A stretch of DNA of 64,000 nucleotides. It comes from a virus. Location: the IMG/VR virus record IMGVR_UViG_3300034104_002622, positions 1 through 64,000 of that record; one strand, given 5' to 3'. The translations under genes and the position numbers were made by a program. Below are positions 47,500 through 56,132 of the stretch, in pieces. The notes under the pieces were generated by a model. It had not been told where the DNA came from. It saw only the letters and a list, made by a program, of their open reading frames with translations, and did not search any database. Each line of letters begins with the position of its first letter. The stretch's first letter is position 1.

Positions 47500-47754
47500 T
47501 CAATCCTCTAGCCCCGAAGGGGCTTTGCGCGCTATTAGCATTGCGTCGGCGATTGAGTATGCTCCTTTGGCAACGTCGCAATTCCAGTTGTAAGACATTG
47601 CGGCTCTTCCGGACGCTACCATGATGGCAATAGCGATATTTTCACTTTGCATGGCTTGCCCAGCGAACCAGTCGCGCAGACTCATGCCGCGTAATGCGTC
47701 GTCTCTTTCGTGCATCGGGAACGCTTGCCCGCCGTTGTCTTGTGGTGTGTTCAT
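47500..47754 (-). CDS. Conserved phage hypothetical protein
   Basis: GGQAFP...GMSLRDWFAGQAM...AYSIADAML family motif. Confidence 0.8.
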   Translation of the reverse strand: MNTPQDNGGQAFPMHERDDALRGMSLRDWFAGQAMQSENIAIAIMVASGRAAMSYNWNCDVAKGAYSIADAMLIARKAPSGLED

Positions 47755-47756
47755 TT

Positions 47757-48599
47757 TTATTTTGATTCACGTTTGTATTGTTCGCAAACATCTTTGAATC
47801 CACAGAATGAATTGCAGAATGTTTTTTCACCTTTGCGAATTTCTACTGTTTGATTTGGTTTTTTGAGTTCTTCTGCTTCTGATAGCGTGTCGCATAGTTT
47901 TGAAGCTCGCTTGGCTCCGGGCGACATGATTGCGTAAACTGATGGCTTTTCCCATTGCTCTTCTGCTGTGCATGGGCGTGGTGAGCCATTATAAGCCTTC
48001 CAGTGGTCTTCTACGGTCTCTTTAATTAGCTTGGCTGCGAAGTCTTGATCATAGGGTTCTACGTAGATAGCAAAGGGTGTTTGCGGATACGTGGGGTCGA
48101 AGGTTGAGCGCATGTAGGACCAATCACGTTGAAGGTAAACAATTGAAACGTGTTCTACTTCATATCCATTTTTTTCTGCTAACCATCCATTGATTTGAAT
48201 TTGTTGGCGATGTTCTGGTTTCATTTTTTCCTGAAAACCAGCAGTGTTTTTGTAGTCGAACACTGTTTTATTTTCGTAGAAGTCTATTTGTCCTGAAATT
48301 GCAATGGTCTCTCCAAGATATGGATACTCATAGTGAAGTCGTTCTTCTGCTACTTCTCCGTTTTCAGTATCTACGTTATCTTCTAGGATGGAATGAATAG
48401 CTGTTCCCATCAAAGCATGGAACATAGTGTAGGGATTTTCTTGCTTTTCGTGGTTCTTTGCCAGCCATGTGCGTTGCGGAGGAGAGATTAACTGCGTGGT
48501 TGAAAATAAAGACTTTCCTTTTTCATACTTGTCTTTTGACAAAGCGCGAATGAACGGGCTAGGAAAGCTTTTGAGGTAGGATGCTGGTGTTTGTTTCAT
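47757..48599 (-). CDS. PD-(D/E)xK (Cas4-like) exonuclease
   Basis: GTAIHSILE, ISGQID, FDYK, QIQIN, C-terminal CxxxC-C; lies near erf. Confidence 0.85.
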   Translation of the reverse strand: MKQTPASYLKSFPSPFIRALSKDKYEKGKSLFSTTQLISPPQRTWLAKNHEKQENPYTMFHALMGTAIHSILEDNVDTENGEVAEERLHYEYPYLGETIAISGQIDFYENKTVFDYKNTAGFQEKMKPEHRQQIQINGWLAEKNGYEVEHVSIVYLQRDWSYMRSTFDPTYPQTPFAIYVEPYDQDFAAKLIKETVEDHWKAYNGSPRPCTAEEQWEKPSVYAIMSPGAKRASKLCDTLSEAEELKKPNQTVEIRKGEKTFCNSFCGFKDVCEQYKRESK

Positions 48600-48796
48600 T
48601 GTTCGATAATAGTGTATTCGTTTTTTTCGAGCAGGAATCCCGGTAATGGACCGATGAAGATCAATTCTCTTTCTTTCCAGTCAGGAATATTCATTGCGTA
48701 GACTGCCGTATAAATTTTTTGTGGATCAAGCTCTAAGTCAGTTCCTAAGAGCTTGTAAGCTTTGTCTGGTTTTACTTTGAATTTTTTGGATCTCAT
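48596..48796 (-). CDS. Hypothetical protein
   Basis: 66 aa, ATGA-coupled. Confidence 0.6.
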   Translation of the reverse strand: MRSKKFKVKPDKAYKLLGTDLELDPQKIYTAVYAMNIPDWKERELIFIGPLPGFLLEKNEYTIIEQ

Positions 48797-48800
48797 TTAT

Positions 48801-49049
48801 TTAATCTTGAGCTTCTATAATTACGTTCCAGATTGAGTCAGGTATCATATCTCTAACTGCTGTGTCTGCGTATCTTGCTAGATTTCCAGCTTCTTTCCAC
48901 TTTTTTGATTTGTAAAAAAAAAGGATTTTTCTTAGGATTTTTCTGTCTTCTGTATACATTTTTCTTATGCTTTGATCTTCATCATGCTCAGCTTGGTGAT
49001 TTTTAATGATGTGCTTAAAAAGTTTGATTGCGTTTTCATCTATTGTCAT
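48801..49049 (-). CDS. Hypothetical protein
   Basis: 82-aa ORF. Confidence 0.6.
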   Translation of the reverse strand: MTIDENAIKLFKHIIKNHQAEHDEDQSIRKMYTEDRKILRKILFFYKSKKWKEAGNLARYADTAVRDMIPDSIWNVIIEAQD

Positions 49050-49083
49050 TTTGAATTCTTTTTTTATTTAGTCAGGCTAAATT

Positions 49084-49284
49084 TTAATCGAGCACACTGC
49101 GTCCACATAGCATTATAATGGTGTAATATGGCGGGAAATCATCTCCTGCACACATTTCTATTCCCTTCAGCAACCCAAATTCAATGCAATTTGCGTTGAT
49201 GCTGTTTTTTCTGAATCCTGAATTTTTAATCAGTTTTTCCAGTTTGTTTTTTATTTCTTCTTCTGTCGGTATGTTTTTATTCAT
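49084..49284 (-). CDS. Hypothetical protein
   Basis: 66-aa ORF. Confidence 0.55.
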   Translation of the reverse strand: MNKNIPTEEEIKNKLEKLIKNSGFRKNSINANCIEFGLLKGIEMCAGDDFPPYYTIIMLCGRSVLD

Positions 49285-49331
49285 TGTGATTTTAGCGTTG
49301 ACAAATTTTTTGATTGCTTTAGGTAGCGCTC

Positions 49332-49574
49332 ATGGAAAAGAGATTCAAGAAAGTAATCACTAACCCTGCGACTGGTCGCAAGAAAACTGTGAAGTTTGGA
49401 CAGGCTGGCAAGGCTGCTGACGGTGGGGATCGCATCAGGCCGGGAACTTCTAAGGGTGACGCTTATTGCGCTCGCTCTGCTAAGATTAAAGGTGATTGGA
49501 AGTCCAATCCTAATTCGCCTAACAACCTTTCACGCCGGAAATGGAAGTGCAAAGGCAGCAAGTCTATGAAGTAA
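49332..49574 (+). CDS. Small basic phage protein
   Basis: VKFGQ...PGTSKGDAYCARS...SRRKWKC, a widespread aquatic-phage family. Confidence 0.75.
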   Translation: MEKRFKKVITNPATGRKKTVKFGQAGKAADGGDRIRPGTSKGDAYCARSAKIKGDWKSNPNSPNNLSRRKWKCKGSKSMK

Positions 49575-49600
49575 TTGCTTTCTGAATCAGAAACAGCTTT

Positions 49601-49777
49601 ATGAAAAAAAAATCTACTGTCAACTCTTCTGGTAACTACACAAAGCCTACCATGAGAAAAGCCTTGTTTAATCGCATTAAAGCTGGCACGAAAGGCGGTG
49701 ATCCCGGCGAGTGGAGCGCCAGAAAAGCTCAGCTTTTAGCTTCTGAGTATAAGAAAAAAGGCGGAGGCTACAAATAA
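49601..49777 (+). CDS. Small basic protein (58 aa; below ORF-track cutoff)
   Basis: NYTKPTMRK...GGDPGEWSARKAQLLASEYKKKGGGYK. Confidence 0.8.
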   Translation: MKKKSTVNSSGNYTKPTMRKALFNRIKAGTKGGDPGEWSARKAQLLASEYKKKGGGYK

Positions 49778-49810
49778 CAACTCTCATTAAACGTAAACTA
49801 AAATAAAAAT

Positions 49811-49972
49811 ATGAAAGCAAAACCAAAGAAAGCAATGGTGTCTCCTAAGTCTAAAAAAGCAATGTCCAAGCCAATGTTAAAAGCAGCGGCTTCGAAAAAG
49901 ATGGCCAAGAAAATGCCTAAGAGTATGGCAATGGGCATGAAGATGGGAATGCCTAGCAATATGGGATATTAA
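49811..49972 (+). CDS. Lys/Met-rich basic peptide (53 aa)
   Basis: MKAKPKKAMVSPKSKKAMSKPM... after an A-rich leader. Confidence 0.65.
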   Translation: MKAKPKKAMVSPKSKKAMSKPMLKAAASKKMAKKMPKSMAMGMKMGMPSNMGY

Positions 49973-49987
49973 TCCTATTTTGATTGA

Positions 49988-50218
49988 ATGAAAGCACCTC
50001 AACAATCCTTGAAAGATTGGACAGCCCAAAAATGGCGAACCTCTGATGGTAAGCCAAGCAAGGGCAAAAAGAGGTATTTGCCTGATTCTGCGTGGAAGTC
50101 TTTGACGGCTTCTGAAAAGGCTTCCACGAATCGGGCAAAGGCTAAGGGTAATGCTCAAGGCAAGCAGTTTGTTAAGCAACCTAAGTCGATAGCTAGAAAA
50201 ACATCAGCACACAGATGA
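49988..50218 (+). CDS. Small basic protein (DUF5872-like, tentative)
   Basis: SLKDWTAQKWRT...RYLP...GKQFVKQPK. Confidence 0.7.
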   Translation: MKAPQQSLKDWTAQKWRTSDGKPSKGKKRYLPDSAWKSLTASEKASTNRAKAKGNAQGKQFVKQPKSIARKTSAHR

Positions 50219-50847
50219 GAAACGCCAACCTACCAAAGTGTCGAGTTTACGTCCGTTGTGATGCCTTTGGTGGCAGTGAGACAGAGTTTGAACCTGCGTG
50301 GTTAGTCAGCGTCCGAGCGATGCGTAATCGTCCATTTTGTTTTCAAGTTTGGGTAGATAAATACGCTGCTTGCTTTGACAAGATTCCGCCACAGTGCATC
50401 TACCATTACGAGCCGGATGGGAATCAAGCTAACTTACCGCTTCACAAGGTGCAAATGTGGGAGTGTTTATCTGGCAGCATTGAAGTCTGGCAGAAGAGTC
50501 AGCTTTGCGATGTGCCGATGCTTGTCAACATGGGTAAGGGTTTTGCTCCGATGACTGGGCATTACTGGTTTACGATTGATTTTTTACCCGAACATCAATG
50601 TGCAGGAATACTGGACATTGGTGACGTTGAGTTGCTGGAAGAGCACAAAGAGGGAAACGTGGTAAAGTTGTCGAACGGACAGATTGCCATCTACCCAAAT
50701 AATAGGCTTAAATGGTTGCCTATAAGCCTTGTGAAAGAAGGCGCGGCAGAACGCATCCCTAGCTGGGAGGTTGCCACAAACGAGCAATGGGACGACTGGT
50801 GGCAAGACTCATCAGAAATCCTCGGAGACTCCAAGTGGGCTTACTAA
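50215..50847 (+). CDS. Conserved phage hypothetical protein
   Basis: 210 aa; YWFTIDF...EHK...NGQIAIYPNNR. Confidence 0.75.
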   Translation: MRNANLPKCRVYVRCDAFGGSETEFEPAWLVSVRAMRNRPFCFQVWVDKYAACFDKIPPQCIYHYEPDGNQANLPLHKVQMWECLSGSIEVWQKSQLCDVPMLVNMGKGFAPMTGHYWFTIDFLPEHQCAGILDIGDVELLEEHKEGNVVKLSNGQIAIYPNNRLKWLPISLVKEGAAERIPSWEVATNEQWDDWWQDSSEILGDSKWAY

Positions 50848-51043
50848 TATTTAATTGTTTAGCTTTAATTTGTAGGTCTTTTGTTGTTTTTTCCATGTGC
50901 TCAAGAAGAATGTCTTGCATCCAATATGGAGGACAGCGTCTTCCTGACCTCCAATCGTAAGCTGTTGGCATAGAGCATCCAATTTTTTCAGCAATTTGCT
51001 TAGCTGTGTATTTTGATATTTTTTGTTTGAATGTTTTTTTCAT
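50759..51043 (-). CDS. HTH DNA-binding protein
   Basis: TAKQIAEKIGCSMPTAYDWRSGRRCP, Cro-like HTH. Confidence 0.75.
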   Translation of the reverse strand: MKKTFKQKISKYTAKQIAEKIGCSMPTAYDWRSGRRCPPYWMQDILLEHMEKTTKDLQIKAKQLNISKPTWSLRGFLMSLATSRPIARLWQPPS

Positions 51044-51051
51044 GTTTTTAA

Positions 51052-52221
51052 TTACAGGTCAATTTCCAAATGAATGCTCCATGCTTTAACAAGTTCGTTC
51101 ATTAGAAATTGCTCAAAACGTCTTGATTCGTCTGAATAGCCAATTGTATGACAATGCTCTTCTAGCAGCGTGGTAATCAAAAAAAACAATCCTTGGTCAA
51201 AAGAACGTTCTGTTAAGTGGATAATTTCTGAATGAACAAAAGCGATGTTTAAGTTATCTTCATTTGAGATATATTTGATTTTTGCTTTTACGTCGTATCC
51301 CATTTTTGCCAAAAACTCTTTAGCCTTGGCTAACATCCGTTCGTGGCGCTCAGGCATTTCAATTTGATTGAACTCAGCGTCAGGCAATTGGCTGCGTATT
51401 TGGTGTTGGAGATTACTGATTAGTTTGGTGGGGGATTCTTCCCAGATTTCAGCTACAACTTCTTTCATTGTTACTCCCCACGTGCCGTAATATCCACGGT
51501 CAGCTTCCCAATTAGGTTTTTTCGCTGTAAATAAGTGTTTTAAGATAGACTTATTCGTTAGTTTTTCGATGCCTCTTTCAATAGACCGATAGACATCGTA
51601 GATATTAAAGATAGTGCGATCTTCTGTAAGTTTTACTTCATCTAGCAATTCGTAAGAATACATCGCTTCTTCGATGAAGCCTACCTTAACTCCACGATAA
51701 AATATTTCGCCATCTCCTTTGTAAATGTTGATTTTGTCGGAAGAGGCAATAGGGACGCGAGCACCTACGAAAATGTTTTCGTGATTGTCATAGCACTCTG
51801 CAAATTTTTTGTGAGTGATATAGATAGTGCTGTCTTGTATTGAAACTGGGTGGCGACCCCATTCTCCTCCTTCGTCTATTGTATTCGAAACAAGCTCACG
51901 GTAGGCTCCTTCTAGCTCCCACTGCTTTCCAAGTTCTGTTGTAAATCCAAGCTCACGATCATTGCAAGTAATTACATCAAATGTTTTTCCACGGAATTCT
52001 TTAGTTTCTTTTCCAAATTCATATATCCCATTGGGAGTGATGATGCTGACTGTTGCGTTTTCACGAATGAGAACAGCTAAGGCTAATTTCATTCCGGTTC
52101 CAAAGAAGCCAATTGGAGAATTATTATCTGGTTTAGCATTAATTCCCATAATACTCCAGCTTTCAGGGTGAAGAATGCCAGGAGTGGTAAGCATTATTGT
52201 ATTTGAACAATCTGTATTCAT
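51052..52221 (-). CDS. GHKL-like ATPase domain protein with C-terminal zincin-like motif
   Basis: IGFFGTGMKLA, RELVSNTIDE, TLLEEHCH. Confidence 0.65.
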   Translation of the reverse strand: MNTDCSNTIMLTTPGILHPESWSIMGINAKPDNNSPIGFFGTGMKLALAVLIRENATVSIITPNGIYEFGKETKEFRGKTFDVITCNDRELGFTTELGKQWELEGAYRELVSNTIDEGGEWGRHPVSIQDSTIYITHKKFAECYDNHENIFVGARVPIASSDKINIYKGDGEIFYRGVKVGFIEEAMYSYELLDEVKLTEDRTIFNIYDVYRSIERGIEKLTNKSILKHLFTAKKPNWEADRGYYGTWGVTMKEVVAEIWEESPTKLISNLQHQIRSQLPDAEFNQIEMPERHERMLAKAKEFLAKMGYDVKAKIKYISNEDNLNIAFVHSEIIHLTERSFDQGLFFLITTLLEEHCHTIGYSDESRRFEQFLMNELVKAWSIHLEIDL

Positions 52222-52306
52222 TGTTTATTTGTTTATTTGTTGTTACAAATCAACCTCAAGCCCGAAGGGCTTTAAGTTTATTGATTTATGATTTATTTGT
52301 AATTGT

Positions 52307-52438
52307 TCAGTATCTCTTTGAGCAATTAGAGCAAACGCTCTGTCCGTGCTTTGTGAAGATCAAGGGTGTTTTGCAGTCGCGGCAAAAGCCGAAGAACTTG
52401 CAGGGTTTTCTGAGGTAGTAGCGTAGTTTGCATCTCAT
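52307..52438 (-). CDS. 43-aa Zn-ribbon peptide (founder cassette, copy 1)
   Basis: MRCKLRYYLRKPCKFFGFCRDCKTPLIFTKHGQSVCSNCSKRY; paralog at 56823-56954. Confidence 0.75.
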   Translation of the reverse strand: MRCKLRYYLRKPCKFFGFCRDCKTPLIFTKHGQSVCSNCSKRY

Positions 52439-52484
52439 GGTGTTTGTTGTTGTTCAAACAGGTTGATGCACTGAACGCTTTGCG

Positions 52485-52712
52485 TCACCGATCTTGGCTG
52501 TTCGGAATAAAAACTCGCATCCAGAATGCGACGGGCTGAGACGATGTTTGTCCGCGCCACCCGAATCTTTTGCTCCATGATCCTTTGTCCCACCAACCGT
52601 CAGCGCGGATGATGACTACTTGTTCACCGTCATTCGGCAATGTTGAATCGGCAGAAAAGATTTCCGAACAATTCGTGAGAGGCAACGCCTCGGAGTTTTC
52701 TTGTGTATTCAT
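52485..52712 (-). CDS. Cassette-borne hypothetical protein
   Basis: 75 aa; LPNDGEQV...VAFWM (DUF551-like); starts and stops in attC sites. Confidence 0.65.
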   Translation of the reverse strand: MNTQENSEALPLTNCSEIFSADSTLPNDGEQVVIIRADGWWDKGSWSKRFGWRGQTSSQPVAFWMRVFIPNSQDR

Positions 52713-52748
52713 AGTCGTTAAGGGCGTGCCTCCACAGAGGCGTTCGAC

Positions 52749-52907
52749 TTACTCATAGAAGGCCAGCTTGATCTTTTGTTGTGTCACATCCAGACTCAGC
52801 AATGACCAAGAGTGCCCGGTGTTGAAGTTTTGGACATCAATGACTGAGATTCTCCAGCCACCGTCAGGCCGGATGTAGAGTTTGAAGAGTTGTATTTCGA
52901 TTTCCAT
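52749..52907 (-). CDS. Cassette-borne hypothetical protein
   Basis: Likely start MEIEIQ; stop lies just before the core site. Confidence 0.55.
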   Translation of the reverse strand: MEIEIQLFKLYIRPDGGWRISVIDVQNFNTGHSWSLLSLDVTQQKIKLAFYE

Positions 52908-52927
52908 GTTAGTGTGGTGTGTTGTCG

Positions 52928-53203
52928 TTACAAAGTCGAACAAGGCGCGGCAGATAACCGCTCTGGGCTATCTGTCGTATTTGCCACGTCCTGGGTTCGC
53001 GGTATCTGCGCTTGGGCGTTAGCCTGAAGAATAAATTTTGCCTCACGCTCAAGCTGCGGGTCGAGCCAATCCCTTTTTTGCGGAAGGTCATTGATGATTC
53101 GCCGCAAGACCGATTCGACCGATCCAGCAAATGCAATCATGTCTTCGATGGCTCGCGGCTTAGGGATGCGGCTTCGTATTTCGTCTCGTATTGGTGTATT
53201 CAT
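52928..53203 (-). CDS. Cassette-borne hypothetical protein
   Basis: 91 aa; reads completely through attC 52935-53024. Confidence 0.65.
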   Translation of the reverse strand: MNTPIRDEIRSRIPKPRAIEDMIAFAGSVESVLRRIINDLPQKRDWLDPQLEREAKFILQANAQAQIPRTQDVANTTDSPERLSAAPCSTL

Positions 53204-53258
53204 AATTCAAAGAGGCTAACAAGTGGATGCTGGCAACGGCGGGAGTTGCCCTGTTGGT

Positions 53259-53534
53259 TTATTCGGAGTCCAGCGCCCGCCGCGCCAGATCCTTGTCGTT
53301 CGGCTTAGAAAGCATGAGTAGCGTCCATGAGATTGTAACCAGCACCAAGATACCCAACGGGAGTCCGATCTTAGCGGTATTGCCTGAGTCCAGACGGGTC
53401 AGCACCGATGAGAGAAGAAAGCCCATCTGGAAGGTTACAATCAGTGTCGTGATTAGCCACGCTTTGAAACGTGCCGAACAAAGCGTAGATGGCGATTCCG
53501 AGGAATCGCTCTGTTCAAGTTTTGGGGTAGTCAT
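53259..53534 (-). CDS. Cassette-borne membrane protein (2 TM)
   Basis: Two hydrophobic helices; starts and stops in attC loops. Confidence 0.7.
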   Translation of the reverse strand: MTTPKLEQSDSSESPSTLCSARFKAWLITTLIVTFQMGFLLSSVLTRLDSGNTAKIGLPLGILVLVTISWTLLMLSKPNDKDLARRALDSE

Positions 53535-53580
53535 AATGTTTGATTGATGTTGAGAGAGTCACTGAGCCTCGGAACCGCCA

Positions 53581-53835
53581 TTACTCGACGTTCTGGCCAT
53601 ACAATGCAGACAAGATGGCATCGACGCGCCCTTGCGCTGGATCGGTTCCTTTGCGCCGGTGTTCGTGCAGATCCTCGTCCTCCATGAATGGGACTTTCAC
53701 GATGACTATCAACTCGCCCGCTTCGTCTCGGAGCCATCCCCAATCAGCATGTTTGGATCGGTCATGGGAGAGACGCCCAACCCAGCCAGAACAAGTCGTG
53801 AGAGGCAACGCCTCGGAGTTTGTTGGTGTATTCAT
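53581..53835 (-). CDS. Cassette-borne hypothetical protein
   Basis: Start MNTPTN in attC loop; DWGWLRD...EHRRKGTDP. Confidence 0.7.
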   Translation of the reverse strand: MNTPTNSEALPLTTCSGWVGRLSHDRSKHADWGWLRDEAGELIVIVKVPFMEDEDLHEHRRKGTDPAQGRVDAILSALYGQNVE

Positions 53836-53881
53836 AGTCGTTATTGGCGTGCCTCCACAAAGGCGTTGTAGCAAAGAATGC

Positions 53882-54187
53882 TCATTTGCGGCGATCTCCG
53901 AGGATTCCAAGCATGGAGGTTGTGCCGCGTTGCCGTGGCATCAAGACCCGCTCTCCGGGTTCGCCGCGATCCCCTCCGCATTGGGCGTGTGTCCCATCCT
54001 CGAATCGGGCAAGGGTCATTACATCCGTTCCCACGTATCCCCAATTCGTGCCCTCTTTGACGACCTTCCTGACGATTGCGGGTTCGTCCACGTAGTAAGG
54101 CATTACAGACATTGCCTCCAGCCCGAATCCGAAGACTGCTATTGCGGATGCGCAGAGCGCGGCGATTCCAAGGTGTTCAAGTTTCAT
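53882..54187 (-). CDS. Cassette-borne protein with N-terminal TM/signal segment
   Basis: 101 aa. Confidence 0.65.
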   Translation of the reverse strand: MKLEHLGIAALCASAIAVFGFGLEAMSVMPYYVDEPAIVRKVVKEGTNWGYVGTDVMTLARFEDGTHAQCGGDRGEPGERVLMPRQRGTTSMLGILGDRRK

Positions 54188-54262
54188 ATTTTATCGGAGT
54201 TTGAGATTGGTTCGGAAGAGCTACAACAAGCGGATCGTGGCAACCCGCTCCCGCCCGCCATT

Positions 54263-54505
54263 TTAGATTTGATCGGGCTTCACTGGTGCGGGATCGGTTG
54301 CCACATCCTCGGCGTTCTCGGATAACTTGTTGAGGGCGCGGCGGTGGTGCTTGTAGCGGTTGTCGTGGTGGCATGATCCATCGGAGCAAGTGAAGGTCAC
54401 GGGGTCGCCTACTCTTTCGAGGTGGTAACACGCCCACACTGAATGCCAGCTTCCGAGAACAAGGCGTCGCACGCCGACGCCGCGAAGTTTTGTGATGATT
54501 TTCAT
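54263..54505 (-). CDS. Cassette-borne hypothetical protein
   Basis: 80 aa; ATGA overlap inside attC 54454-54541. Confidence 0.55.
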   Translation of the reverse strand: MKIITKLRGVGVRRLVLGSWHSVWACYHLERVGDPVTFTCSDGSCHHDNRYKHHRRALNKLSENAEDVATDPAPVKPDQI

Positions 54506-54825
54506 GGTTTATTTTCGGCGCGGGTGGACTCGACGTTCGCAGAAATAAGGCCCGCGACGAGTTCGGGGACTTTCAGAGCCAGAACGTCTTCCTGTATGCT
54601 CCCATCGTCCGATGTCTTTGCTGCCTCGCCGAACATCTCCCCTATCTGGGTGACGATTCCGTGATAGAACGCCTCGTTCCGTGAGAACTGAGCGGCAGAG
54701 TCCATCCATGCGGCAATCCGCTTTGCCACGGCTTCCGCAAGGACAACGTCCATTTCAATGTGCTTGGTTTCATCGTCGCACCAGCATTGGGCGGCGATCT
54801 GTCTTGCTTCTTCGATGTATGTCAT
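54502..54825 (-). CDS. Cassette-borne conserved phage protein
   Basis: AAQCWCD...MDVVLAEA...SDDGSIQEDVLALKVPELV. Confidence 0.75.
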   Translation of the reverse strand: MTYIEEARQIAAQCWCDDETKHIEMDVVLAEAVAKRIAAWMDSAAQFSRNEAFYHGIVTQIGEMFGEAAKTSDDGSIQEDVLALKVPELVAGLISANVESTRAENKP

Positions 54826-54863
54826 AAGATAAAATTCTGCGAACAAGGCGGTCCACGGAACGG

Positions 54864-55235
54864 CTACCCGTTGGACGCTTTGGGTGAAGGTTGAGTCTCA
54901 GCCACGGGTAGCCGCGCGTGGCCTTGTTCGTTCGGGGTTAGGGATTGGAGGGCATCACAAATCATGGATTGCAGTGCCTGACGTGCAAACAGAGCTTGAT
55001 CTTCGCCTCCGCATTCTCGGCAACTTGTCCCATCCGCTATTAGACGCAGTTTCTCCGCCAGCCTGTCGCGCTGCTCGGTGACTGTCTTATTTTCCATCAT
55101 CAGGGATAAAGCGGTTGTCTCTATATTTGCATATTTGTTTTTTAGAATATCCAGTTCTTCTGCAATCTGATACCAAGATTTACCGCTAAGGCATAGAGCC
55201 TTCCATCTTTCGTTTGTGGTTGGTGTATTGTTCAT
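54864..55235 (-). CDS. Modular coiled-coil family protein; ends in attC
   Basis: QRDRLAE and QSLTP blocks. Confidence 0.7.
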   Translation of the reverse strand: MNNTPTTNERWKALCLSGKSWYQIAEELDILKNKYANIETTALSLMMENKTVTEQRDRLAEKLRLIADGTSCRECGGEDQALFARQALQSMICDALQSLTPNEQGHARLPVAETQPSPKASNG

Positions 55236-55528
55236 GCTTCCTTCGGGGTTAGGGATTGGAGGGTTGTTTCGGCAAGGTCTTTTGCTGATTGTGGGTCTTC
55301 GTGAATCAAATTGAAAACACTACAAAGATTATCCGCCAGCCTGTCCCGCTGTGCGGTGACGGTGGCGAGTTCCTCCTGTGCCTTGGCGAATCCGTAGTCC
55401 ATAAACTCGCGGGTTCGGATTGTCTCCTCCCGTGCCTCGTCCCGCTCGCGTTCTAACCTTCTGGCGAAGTCTATGCTAACTCTACCTGTCCCAAACTGGG
55501 CTTCGTCGGTTTCTGGTGTGTCGCTCAT
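55232..55528 (-). CDS. Modular coiled-coil family protein
   Basis: TPETD, ERERDEARE, QRDRLA, QSLTP blocks. Confidence 0.75.
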   Translation of the reverse strand: MSDTPETDEAQFGTGRVSIDFARRLERERDEAREETIRTREFMDYGFAKAQEELATVTAQRDRLADNLCSVFNLIHEDPQSAKDLAETTLQSLTPKEA

Positions 55529-55884
55529 TTCGCGCCCTCCAATGCTTTTTCTGCTTTGATTTGTGATCTATCCCATCCAACTCCGTAAAGGTCGCCGTGA
55601 ACTTGCCTAATGTATCGCCAGCCAGATAGCATATCGCGCAAAGCCTCCCGCGCCTTGTCCCGCTCGCGTTGCAATGTCTTAGCATGATCCCAGATAGTTC
55701 CGTTGGGGTCGCGGAGTTCGCAACCAAGGTCTTTGTTTTGTTGGATGTATTTTGCCTTCCATTCGTCGCGTTCGCGTTTGAGTTCTGCGTTGGTTTCCTT
55801 TAGGAATTGCTTGTATGCTTTTATGTCCTCTATGTTGGTTGCTTTTAACGTAGATTCGTCCGTCTCAGGTGTGTCAGTTTTCAT
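55525..55884 (-). CDS. Modular coiled-coil family protein
   Basis: TPETD and two RERD blocks. Confidence 0.75.
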   Translation of the reverse strand: MKTDTPETDESTLKATNIEDIKAYKQFLKETNAELKRERDEWKAKYIQQNKDLGCELRDPNGTIWDHAKTLQRERDKAREALRDMLSGWRYIRQVHGDLYGVGWDRSQIKAEKALEGAK

Positions 55885-56132
55885 GGCTTCTGGGTTAGGG
55901 ATTGGAGGGCTTGCTGGGCTTTTTCAAATGCTTCTGGCATGGATACTGGCATAAAATCAACGCTGTCAATACAGTTGCAAGATTCTATCAAGTCTTGTAG
56001 TGCCTCCGCCAGCCTGTCCCGCTGTGCGGTGATGGTGGAGAGTTGGTGTTTGAGTCTTGTTATGATTTGACTAATGTAACATGCGACTGCAATGATTGTA
56101 ATGGCTGGGGCAATTATGTCTAAATAGTTCAT
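55881..56132 (-). CDS. Modular family protein with N-terminal TM
   Basis: QRDRLAEAL and QSLT blocks. Confidence 0.7.
   Translation of the reverse strand: MNYLDIIAPAITIIAVACYISQIITRLKHQLSTITAQRDRLAEALQDLIESCNCIDSVDFMPVSMPEAFEKAQQALQSLTQKP

Larger units (their letters stand above)
52305..54936 (+). mobile_element. attC cassette array 2 (9 attC sites, 8 matched cassettes plus founder cassette)
   Basis: attC at 52453-52506, 52663-52748, 52935-53024, 53214-53304, 53473-53596, 53786-53871, 54221-54320, 54454-54541, 54838-54936; all 8 cassette end pairs are 7/7 complementary. Confidence 0.93.

Noticed and set aside
47757-48599. Cas4 as sign of a CRISPR-Cas locus
   Set aside because: No other cas genes or array; context next to erf and SSB-like genes indicates a recombination exonuclease
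52453-54936. CRISPR array or REP/terminator reading of the repeated hairpins
   Set aside because: The repeats differ in sequence and length, the intervals are gene-sized, there are no U-tracts, and the next-site core complementarity is specific to attC cassettes
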